63,444 bases of DNA from NCBI GenBank assembly GCA_964433455.1, contig CAYSSF010000002.1, positions 7,950 to 71,393 on the forward strand, written 5' to 3'. Below are positions 37,828 through 45,168 of this stretch, in pieces. The DNA is from an uncultured Syntrophaceae bacterium. Lineage in GTDB: Bacteria; Desulfobacterota; Syntrophia; Syntrophales; UBA5619. The stretch's first letter is position 1; each line of letters starts with the position of its first letter. The notes beneath the pieces were generated by a model. That model was not told where the DNA came from. It saw nothing but the letters and a program-made list of their open reading frames with translations, and searched no databases. Made by a program: the position numbers and the translations under genes.

Positions 37828-37866
37828 AGCGAAATACTATGACAACCCTATGACATTTCGATTACA
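37828..37866 (-). promoter_or_regulatory. Pho-box-like array upstream of the ATPase/MetK-like operon
   Basis: Minus strand reads TGTAAT(37866-37861), TGTCAT(37855-37850), TGTCAT(37844-37839), and a weak TTCGCT(37833-37828) at 11-bp spacing, 66-77 nt before GTG 37762. Confidence 0.6.
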
Positions 37867-37949
37867 GAAATATAAAATTTCCCGAAAGATGGCTGAAGGC
37901 GGCATGGGGTATCGCGAAAAGATAGTGACGGCAACGGCCGCATACGACA

Positions 37950-37977
37950 TTTAACGGAATTGTCATCCATCTGTCAC
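37950..37977 (+). promoter_or_regulatory. Pho-box-like array upstream of the small ORF/CorA-like operon
   Basis: TTTAAC(37950), TGTCAT(37961), TGTCAC(37972) at 11-bp spacing, ending 78 nt before ATG 38055. Confidence 0.6.
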
Positions 37978-38054
37978 AATTTCGTGGGATCATATGTCGT
38001 TTCTTTGGAAAACTTCAGCAGCAATGCAGCGAAGCTCTAAAGAGGAGCGAATCG

Positions 38055-38354
38055 ATGAACCGACCTCAATCCGAATCTGACGACAAAGCGGAACAAGTGA
38101 AGCATCGTCAATCCATAGAAGATTTGTCCATGTTACTGGAGATGCCCCGGGATTGCGTTGTCGCCGCCTATGAGCAGGAGCTGGACGCGATGGGACGGAT
38201 GGCGCGGGTTAGAGATTATCTTCCCATCCTGGTGAGCCGGCGGGTGAAGAACTTGCTCCAATCTCGCCGGGCTTTTGACGTTGCAACGGGCCGGTCAACG
38301 GCTCATCAAAATGAACACTTCACCGAAGGAAGAATGCATCATGGGATGGAATGA
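38055..38354 (+). CDS. small hypothetical protein (possibly DUF3562-like)
   Basis: 99 aa with a GAGGAG RBS. It overlaps the CorA-like start by 14 nt. The family guess is from memory only. Confidence 0.45.
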   Translation: MNRPQSESDDKAEQVKHRQSIEDLSMLLEMPRDCVVAAYEQELDAMGRMARVRDYLPILVSRRVKNLLQSRRAFDVATGRSTAHQNEHFTEGRMHHGME

Positions 38355-39279
38355 AATCAAAGGCAACAACATTCGTTGGATCAACATCGATCACCCGAAC
38401 AGCGAGACGGTCAATGCTTTGGCGGAAGTCCATCCATTCCACAAGCTTGCCCTCGATGATTGCCTTTCGAAAAATCAGCTCCCGAAAATAGATGATTATG
38501 GGGAATATCTATTCATCATTCTACACTTCCCCCGTTATCTCAAAGAGCTCAGATTCTCGATCCCGATGCAGGTCGCCCTCTTTCTGGGCCGCGATTTTCT
38601 TGTGACGGTCCATTCCGGCGACCTCAAGCCCATTAACCGCATCTTCGAAGCGTGCCGCGACAACGAGGCAGCCCGGAGCAATTACATGGGCAAGAGCTCC
38701 TATTACCTCGTTTACCAACTTATCCTGGCACTGGTGGAAAATCTCCTGAAGATGGCGGCCAAGGTTATGTCGAACATTGAGGTCCTGGAAGAGAAGGTCT
38801 TTGACGAATCTGTCGACGCTGTCCGCGACGTGACCGGGCTTCGCCACAACATCGCAAACCTGCGGCGAACGATCTTTCCGCTCAAGCGGGTGTTGCACGA
38901 ACTGGAGCGCGGAGTCGACCATTTTTCCAAAGATGAGACGATGGCTGTTTACTTCGGCGATCTTTCCGACTCGATCGACAAGGTTTGGGAGATCATCGAA
39001 TCCTGTAAAGAGATGAGCGAGATCTACAAGGACACGGACTACATCATCAGTGCGGATCGCACCAACAGGATCCTGACCCTTCTCACGATTGTCTTCACCT
39101 TTTCGATACCGGCATCGCTCATCGGGACGTTTTACGGCACGAACGTCAGAATCCCGGGAGGTCTCGAAGACGCTCCGACATTCCTCGGCCCGTACACGAC
39201 CTTCATTCTGATCGTCGCGGCCTCGGTTTTTTCCGTCGTCGTTATGCTTGCCCTCTTCCGCAAATTCCGCTGGCTGTGA
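38341..39279 (+). CDS. CorA-family divalent cation channel with GTN in place of GMN
   Basis: CorA-like length and architecture: a cytoplasmic domain followed by two C-terminal TMs. The loop motif reads FYGTNVRIPG (ggc acg aac at 39136-39144). ATG 38341 is preferred; the track ORF starts at 38275. Confidence 0.8.
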   Translation: MGWNEIKGNNIRWINIDHPNSETVNALAEVHPFHKLALDDCLSKNQLPKIDDYGEYLFIILHFPRYLKELRFSIPMQVALFLGRDFLVTVHSGDLKPINRIFEACRDNEAARSNYMGKSSYYLVYQLILALVENLLKMAAKVMSNIEVLEEKVFDESVDAVRDVTGLRHNIANLRRTIFPLKRVLHELERGVDHFSKDETMAVYFGDLSDSIDKVWEIIESCKEMSEIYKDTDYIISADRTNRILTLLTIVFTFSIPASLIGTFYGTNVRIPGGLEDAPTFLGPYTTFILIVAASVFSVVVMLALFRKFRWL

Positions 39280-39296
39280 TCGGAAGATGGCAAGTC

Positions 39297-39782
39297 CTAT
39301 TCTCCAACGGTGTTGCCGCTGGATGGGGATTTCGACATGATTCCGAAGGCGTACCAGAACGCCGTATACCAGGCAGGCGCTGCCAAATTCCCCTTGAACA
39401 CCTGGTAGACGCCGGCCCCGAGCAGGTAAATGCCTGCGACATCCAGCAAATCGACCTTCCCCCCTGTCAAGGATGAAAGATTCCGATTGACGGCCCGGAC
39501 TCCGGTGGTGATGTCCTGCCGCAAGGAGGTCCGCTTCGTGCCTGCGTTTTTCAGGCTGATGAGGCTTTGCTTGCGGATCGACTCGCAAAGGGAAGGCGTG
39601 TCCGAGTGATGGCACACCAGAACGCTGCCGGTCAGGGAATTGGTCTCCACGGATTCTATGCCCGGCAGCGTCGAAATGGTTTCCACCAATGCCCGGAAAA
39701 AAGCGTCGCTCCCCTTTTTGGCGGGGACTTTCATGCGGAACCGGCGGGACGTACTGTGGCTGAGATAGGCTTCAGGCAACAT
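39297..39782 (-). CDS. HMA-like (HMA2-type) protein with C-terminal membrane segment
   Basis: 161 aa. HSTSRRFRMKVPAKKG...IESVETNSLTGSVLVCH parallels 30279-30602 and the ATPase N-domain. The C-terminus VDLLDVAGIYLLGAGVYQVF...WYTAFWYAFGI is hydrophobic. Confidence 0.65.
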   Translation of the reverse strand: MLPEAYLSHSTSRRFRMKVPAKKGSDAFFRALVETISTLPGIESVETNSLTGSVLVCHHSDTPSLCESIRKQSLISLKNAGTKRTSLRQDITTGVRAVNRNLSSLTGGKVDLLDVAGIYLLGAGVYQVFKGNLAAPAWYTAFWYAFGIMSKSPSSGNTVGE

Positions 39783-39793
39783 GACACTCTCGC

Positions 39794-40234
39794 TCAGCTT
39801 TCCTTGGCCGCGGCCTCGGCTGCGATTTCAGACCTTGCTTCCTCAACGAGCTGCTCAACCGCTTCCCTGGCCTCCACAATGACGCTCTTCCCCTTATCAT
39901 AAACGGACCGGCCCTCGCCCATGATCGCTTTGGCGATGCGGTTCGGCTTCCCGGGGGCCGCTTTGGCTTTCTTCCCCTTTTTTGCCGCAACAGCAGCGGG
40001 CGCCGCCATTTCCGACTTTGCCTCCGCCATGCAATGCTCTATCGCCTCCTTCGCCTCCGACAAGGTTTCTTCACCCGTTTTGTAGAGCATCAAACCACCC
40101 TTGATAGCGGCCTTGGTCAACGGTTTGACGATGCTCGCCAGGATCGGAAGAATGAACGGCACCGCCACCGCGACCCCTACCCCGATGGCAATTCCACCAA
40201 CCGTCATCTTCATACCATTCTCTAAGAGAGCCAT
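39794..40234 (-). CDS. DUF5132-like protein, copy 2
   Basis: 146 aa with an AGGAGG RBS. N-terminal hydrophobic stretch GGIAIGVGVAVAVPFILPILASIVKPLTKAAIKGG followed by a charged Ala/Glu/Lys-rich helical tail. The family name is from memory. Confidence 0.65.
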   Translation of the reverse strand: MALLENGMKMTVGGIAIGVGVAVAVPFILPILASIVKPLTKAAIKGGLMLYKTGEETLSEAKEAIEHCMAEAKSEMAAPAAVAAKKGKKAKAAPGKPNRIAKAIMGEGRSVYDKGKSVIVEAREAVEQLVEEARSEIAAEAAAKES

Positions 40235-40275
40235 AAGATCACCTCCTGCCTTGCCTTTGCCCTTTTTCGGGATCC

Positions 40276-40629
40276 TCAGGACTTTTTACGCCGCGCCTGT
40301 TTTCTGGGTTCCTTTGCCGCAATCGTTGCTTCTTCAGCCCCGTGGGCCGCCGCAGCCATCACTTCCGCGCCTGCTCCCGCTGCAAGCTCCGAACATGCCT
40401 CGATCTCAGATTTTGCCTCAGCCAGAAGATCATCGATCGTTTCCTGGGCCTCTGCCAAGGTTTCTCTACCCTTGCCGTACAAAATCAGACCTTGCTTAAT
40501 GACGGCCTTGGTCAACGGTTTGGCAATACTCGCCAGGATTGGAACGATAATGGGCGCCACAACGGCAACTCCTACCCCGATGGCGAGGCCGCCAAGCGTC
40601 GTCTTTAGACCATTCTCCAACATAGCCAT
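40276..40629 (-). CDS. DUF5132-like protein, copy 1
   Basis: 117 aa counted from ATG 40629 (AGGAGG RBS). About 65 % identical over the first ~75 aa to 39794-40234 (MAMLENGLKTTLGGLAIGVGVAVVAPIIVPILASIAKPLTKAVIKQG). Confidence 0.65.
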   Translation of the reverse strand: MAMLENGLKTTLGGLAIGVGVAVVAPIIVPILASIAKPLTKAVIKQGLILYGKGRETLAEAQETIDDLLAEAKSEIEACSELAAGAGAEVMAAAAHGAEEATIAAKEPRKQARRKKS

Positions 40630-40709
40630 GAAATCACCTCCTTTCCGGTAAAACAACAGCACGGGAAGTAATGTAAAACCGGTGCCAATGGGTTGTCAAT
40701 ATTTTAATT

Positions 40710-40726
40710 GTTAAGTGTTTGTGACA
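40710..40726 (-). promoter_or_regulatory. single Pho-box-like pair upstream of the DUF5132-like operon
   Basis: Minus strand reads TGTCAC(40726-40721) and CTTAAC(40715-40710) at 11-bp spacing, 81 nt before ATG 40629. There are only two half-sites. Confidence 0.4.
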
Positions 40727-40821
40727 AAAAGATTCGACCGGGGCAACAACAGGCACCAGCCCGAAATTCGGGCAAACATCACTTCCCGTCCCGACTCCCC
40801 TTCATGGAACCAGCGGCCAGA

Positions 40822-41805
40822 CTACTTTGTCACTGCCTGGGAATGAGACGCCTTCCTGTCCGAGGAGATCAGGTGAGACAGCAACGCCGCGTCCATCTTC
40901 GACCACATTTCCTTCCCGACGACCGTCTCGTCGATGAGCAGATGATGCGCAAACAGGGCGTTTTCAGACGGACTTTTGCGGACGGGGATGATCCGCCAGC
41001 GGTCGAGACCTTCCTCTGCAATCATCTCCCTCAGGCCCTCGTAGGAGATGAACTCATCCTCTCGGTCCAGGAAAACGATGGTCGGCACATTCAGCTTTCC
41101 ATTCAGATTCTTCTCGAAGCGGTTCAGGGTGTCAAACATCGCCTTATATCCGGCCATGGGCGTGCCTGCATTGGCGCGATAGTCCACCGGCGCCAGACTG
41201 TCGATCACGAGGTCCGGAAAGGGCATCAGAGCCTTGAGGAGATGAGGTTTCAGGGTGATTTTGAGGGCCGGGGCGAAAAGGACCATCCTGTCGAAGGAGA
41301 CATCGGGCCTGGAAACCTGCAGCTCGCAGCCCAAGAGACCGCCCAGGGAATAGCCGATCAAGAAAACGGGAACCTTTATTTGGCGCGCCCGCTGCCGCGC
41401 TTTCCGATAGGCCTCGTAGAGTTCCGCCGACCAGAGCCGGGAGGTGACGGCTCTGAAGGAATCGAGTCTCGCCTCCGCTGTGCCCGCCGTGCCTTTGCCA
41501 AGATAATTCTCCCCGTGCCCGTGCAGCGACACGCCCAGCGCGTCGATTCCCGCCCGGTTCAGCAGCGCGATCAGGGAGTCCATCCTCTCCGGCTTCAGGT
41601 TGAGGCCGTGAACGACTACCGCGACGCCTCTGGGTTTCCTGAAGACGCCTGTCCGATGCCAGTGGGTGCAATTCCCTTCGTTCTCCGCCGCGGCCTCGGA
41701 GGAAGCATAAAATCTCGGAACGGCGCTGTTGAACCGCAGATAGACAAAGAAAAGCGAAGAAGCGATCAGCAGAGATACCCACAGGATGGTCCACCGTTTC
41801 TTCAT
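40822..41805 (-). CDS. alpha/beta hydrolase with N-terminal membrane anchor
   Basis: Nucleophile elbow GYSLGG, HG oxyanion region VVVHGL, and N-terminal TM WTILWVSLLIASSLFFVYL. Confidence 0.75.
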   Translation of the reverse strand: MKKRWTILWVSLLIASSLFFVYLRFNSAVPRFYASSEAAAENEGNCTHWHRTGVFRKPRGVAVVVHGLNLKPERMDSLIALLNRAGIDALGVSLHGHGENYLGKGTAGTAEARLDSFRAVTSRLWSAELYEAYRKARQRARQIKVPVFLIGYSLGGLLGCELQVSRPDVSFDRMVLFAPALKITLKPHLLKALMPFPDLVIDSLAPVDYRANAGTPMAGYKAMFDTLNRFEKNLNGKLNVPTIVFLDREDEFISYEGLREMIAEEGLDRWRIIPVRKSPSENALFAHHLLIDETVVGKEMWSKMDAALLSHLISSDRKASHSQAVTK

Positions 41806-41899
41806 CTTTCGGAAGGTCCGTCACGGCCGGAGCGGCTGTCTGCCGCCCGTGGGACGGATCCACGCCGGCTTTTGCGCAACTTCGGATCTCGCCGGCGGC

Positions 41900-43831
41900 C
41901 TAAGCATGCTGCCGCTGCTCGAACATGAATCCACTTTTCCCGGTTTCGGCCGTCATCCTTTTGACCTCTTTCTTCAAAGAGGCGGCGACTTCCGAAAACA
42001 GGGCCGGATGCGGCTCCGTCCAAATCTTGCTGCTGTCGACCACGGAGAGGCTCATGGTGACGAGCGGCGTTCTGACGGGGTTTCCCTGGCGATCCGTGGT
42101 CCCGAGGAGAAAACCTCTTGCGATATCCTCATTCTTGAACAGGGCGAGCTTTTCGGCATCGAAGCTTCGGCACAGATCTACCAGGGCCTCTTCCGGAATG
42201 ATGCCCCGGTTGACGATCACGAAGTCGTCGCCGCCGACGTTTCCCAATCTCGCCCCCTCCGGCAGCCGGGCGAGCCAGTCGCCCATCACCTTCGCCGCGA
42301 GGCACAGCATCTCATCCCCCATCAGAAAACCGTAGGTATCGTTATAGCCTTTGAACTGATCGAGATCGACATAGATAATCGAATAGGCGGGCCAGGTCAG
42401 GGCATCGTTGATCCAACGGCGGATCGCGTTGTTGCCCGGCAGGCCGGTCAGGGGATTAACCCCCATTGCGCAGCGGATCTCCAATTCAAGCGACTTGGTC
42501 ATCACCTGCTTCATGGTCACGGTCCCCATGAATTCCCCCCGGGAATCCACCACCAGGACGGGATCGTAGAGGTCTTCCGCCGGGCGGTCCATGGCCAGTT
42601 TCGCCATCGTCGTCACCGTCATCTTGTCTTCGACGATCAATGGATTCCGCTTGCAGACCACCTCAGCGGGTTTCTTCTGGAACAACTGATACCCGAAAGC
42701 GCCCCCGGTTTCCGCATAAAAATTCTGCCGCGTGATCATTCCGGCGATGCTCTCCCCGTCAAGAATGATCACGTGGTCCAGGTGGGTCTGTTTCTTGAAA
42801 ACCATATCCAGCTCCTTGCAGCAGAGGGTGCGGACGGCGATCGTCATCGGACGAATCACGAGGCCCGCCACCTTTTCATCGATATCGATCGCGGCCTGAT
42901 CATACTTTTCGATCAGCGCCCTGATCTTCTTTTTCATCTCCGCTGAAATGGGATAGGGCTCCTTCTCGGGCATGCCGAAGAGAAATCCCTGGACATACCG
43001 GATGCCGTAGCGAACCAGGACCTCCAACTCCTCCAACGATTCAACCCCTTCGGCGATCACCCTGGCATTGACGCTGGAGGCGAAGGCCGTAATGGCCTTG
43101 ACGAGCTTCTGCTTGTAGTCATGCCTGTGAACATCCCGGACGATCGCCATGTCCAGCTTCAGATAGTGGGGCGTCGAAGCGATCAACGTGACCAGGCCGG
43201 AATAGCCCGATCCGAAGTCGTCCATGGCGATCTTGAAACCCTGATTGGCGTAATGAGAAACCAGGGCCCCGAACGTTTTGAAGTCCTCGAAGCTCTTTCC
43301 CTCGGTGATCTCAATCACGATCTGTTTTTGATCGATCCCGTATTCATGGAGGCGCTTCTGGGTGAATCTTTCCAGAAAGCGGGGATCACTGAAGATGTCC
43401 GGGCTGACGTTGATGAAGTAGACGGCGTTTCGGAAGGGTTCGGAAAGCGACGCGATCTTCTTCAGGGCTGCGACACGGCAGGCCCTTTCCAAATCCCATG
43501 TCGCCCCCAGCCTTTTCGCCTCCGAGAACATCCGTCCCGGCGTTTCAAAGGGAGGGTTGCCCCGTGACAGGACTTCAAACCCCGTGATGGTGGCCGAGAA
43601 GAGATCGATAATGGGGTGAAAATGGGGAGTCACCTGAATCGACTCGATGAACCCGTTCACCAAGGTCTCCCGTGCGCGTGCGAGATCGCTGAAACCCTCT
43701 GCAGCGTGATCGGTTCGCGCCATGAGTTGGCTTTGCATGTCTGGTTTCTCCAATGTTTCCGATACATAACAGTGGATTGTGACGCCGTGATGACCGGTCA
43801 ATGAAGACTCCGTGAAATCAGGCGACGGCAA
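41900..43831 (-). CDS. EAL - CBS pair - GGDEF-like (GGDDF) signalling protein
   Basis: EAL-domain residues are present (EVLSR, N in FINVS, EITE, DDFGSGYS, KLD, EGVE, QG). The central region is CBS-like. The C-terminal cyclase-like domain has GGDDF instead of GG(D/E)EF. The true start is uncertain (43831 or ATG 43738). Confidence 0.8.
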   Translation of the reverse strand: MPSPDFTESSLTGHHGVTIHCYVSETLEKPDMQSQLMARTDHAAEGFSDLARARETLVNGFIESIQVTPHFHPIIDLFSATITGFEVLSRGNPPFETPGRMFSEAKRLGATWDLERACRVAALKKIASLSEPFRNAVYFINVSPDIFSDPRFLERFTQKRLHEYGIDQKQIVIEITEGKSFEDFKTFGALVSHYANQGFKIAMDDFGSGYSGLVTLIASTPHYLKLDMAIVRDVHRHDYKQKLVKAITAFASSVNARVIAEGVESLEELEVLVRYGIRYVQGFLFGMPEKEPYPISAEMKKKIRALIEKYDQAAIDIDEKVAGLVIRPMTIAVRTLCCKELDMVFKKQTHLDHVIILDGESIAGMITRQNFYAETGGAFGYQLFQKKPAEVVCKRNPLIVEDKMTVTTMAKLAMDRPAEDLYDPVLVVDSRGEFMGTVTMKQVMTKSLELEIRCAMGVNPLTGLPGNNAIRRWINDALTWPAYSIIYVDLDQFKGYNDTYGFLMGDEMLCLAAKVMGDWLARLPEGARLGNVGGDDFVIVNRGIIPEEALVDLCRSFDAEKLALFKNEDIARGFLLGTTDRQGNPVRTPLVTMSLSVVDSSKIWTEPHPALFSEVAASLKKEVKRMTAETGKSGFMFEQRQHA

Positions 43832-43864
43832 GATCGTGGAGGGAAGTCCGAACGGCGGCGATCA

Positions 43865-44299
43865 TCACAGGTTGATGGCCGCGCCCCACTCCCGGACCTT
43901 GGCCTTGATGTCGCCACGGATCTTGCGGATGGCGTCCATCTTCTCCTCCGGCGTACCGCTCAGAAGCGCCGGATCGGGGAAGCTCCAATGGAGACGTTTG
44001 GCATAACCCGGGAAGATGGGGCACCGTTGGGCGTTTGCCTCGTCACAAACGGTGATGACCCAGGAGAAGAGCTCGCCCTTCTTGAAAAGTTCGTAGACGC
44101 TCTTGGTCGGGTTCCTTGAGATATCGATCCCGACCTCCTCCATTGCCGCCACGGCAAGGGGGTTCAGCTCCCCCGGCTCAAGCCCGGCGCTTTGCGCTTC
44201 GAACCGCTCCCCGTAGAGAAAGTTCAGCCAGGCTTCCGCCATCTGGCTGCGGGCGCTGTTGTGAACACATACAAACAAAACCTTCGGTTTTTTCTTCAT
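43865..44299 (-). CDS. arsC: thioredoxin-coupled arsenate reductase (LMW-PTPase family)
   Basis: [25 protein letters not shown]-loop (CX5R), later Cys in [14 protein letters not shown], 144 aa. GGAGGAG RBS before ATG 44299. Confidence 0.85.
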   Translation of the reverse strand: MKKKPKVLFVCVHNSARSQMAEAWLNFLYGERFEAQSAGLEPGELNPLAVAAMEEVGIDISRNPTKSVYELFKKGELFSWVITVCDEANAQRCPIFPGYAKRLHWSFPDPALLSGTPEEKMDAIRKIRGDIKAKVREWGAAINL

Positions 44300-44376
44300 T
44301 TTCAACTCCTCCACCGCCCCCCCCCGGCTGAAAACAAGGCGCGATATTCTTAACGTGGGGAGCCTACAGAACATTT

Positions 44377-44415
44377 GTTGCAAAACCATGACGGTCCCGT
44401 GAAGAATTCATGAAG
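44377..44415 (-). promoter_or_regulatory. Pho-box-like array (4 phased half-sites) upstream of arsC
   Basis: Minus strand reads CTTCAT(44415-44410), CTTCAC(44404-44399), CGTCAT(44393-44388), TGCAAC(44382-44377) at 11-bp spacing, 78 nt before ATG 44299. Confidence 0.6.
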
Positions 44416-44460
44416 GTTGTGCAATAGAGGTTTCGCGCGATGAAGACGAGGGAAAGGTTT

Positions 44461-45168
44461 TCAGCCCTCCACATCGGCAAACTTGTACCCGATGCCGCGC
44501 ACGGTCAGAATGTAGCGGGGAGCCTCCTTGTCCGGTTCGATCGCCCCCCGGAGACGGCTGATATGGACATCGACGGTGCGGGGCTCCACGAAAGACTCGT
44601 CGCCCCAAACCCGGTCCAGAAGTTGATCCCGGCTGTAGACCCGGCCCGGATGGCCGATGAAAAACTGGAGCAGCTTGAATTCGCGGGAGCTGAGGTCAAC
44701 GGGCCGGCCGTCCACGGAGACCTGGTAAGATTTAAAATCGATGTGGAGACCTCTGAAATCGAAGGATTCCGGAAGATCGTCGTCCGGTTTCCGTTCCATC
44801 CGCCGCAGCACGGCGCGGATGCGGGCGATCAGCTCCCGGACATGGAACGGTTTGGTGATGTAGTCGTCGGCCCCGACCTCCAGCCCCAGAATCTTGTCCA
44901 CCGGATCCGACTTGGCGGTGAGCATGATGATTGGCAGGGCGACTGTCGCGTTCTGTCGCCGGACCATCCGGCATACCTCCATACCGGAAATTTCAGGCAT
45001 CATCAGATCAAGGATGACGAGGTCCGGCTTGTCCGCATTGATCATTCTCCATGCCTTCTGCCCGTCAAAGGCCTTGAGAACGGAAAATCCCTCCTGCTCC
45101 AGGTTGTAGGCGATCAGTTCGACGATATCCTTCTCGTCATCGGCCACCAGAATTTTTTTTTGGCTCAT
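44461..45168 (-). CDS. phoB: phosphate regulon response regulator PhoB (OmpR family)
   Basis: REC domain (ILVADDE...LDLMMPE...TAK) plus a winged-helix C-terminus (..TVRGIGYKF). It lies directly after phoR with an ATGA overlap, in a pst-phoU context. Confidence 0.88.
   Translation of the reverse strand: MSQKKILVADDEKDIVELIAYNLEQEGFSVLKAFDGQKAWRMINADKPDLVILDLMMPEISGMEVCRMVRRQNATVALPIIMLTAKSDPVDKILGLEVGADDYITKPFHVRELIARIRAVLRRMERKPDDDLPESFDFRGLHIDFKSYQVSVDGRPVDLSSREFKLLQFFIGHPGRVYSRDQLLDRVWGDESFVEPRTVDVHISRLRGAIEPDKEAPRYILTVRGIGYKFADVEG

Noticed and set aside
34700-40662. Cluster considered as a ferrosome (fez)-like or heavy-metal P1B-ATPase system
   Set aside because: The ATPase has the P2-type PEGLP motif in TM4 rather than a CPx/SPC motif. 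The HMA-like modules lack CxxC. It therefore does not fit P1B heavy-metal pumps, and any organelle analogy is pure speculation.
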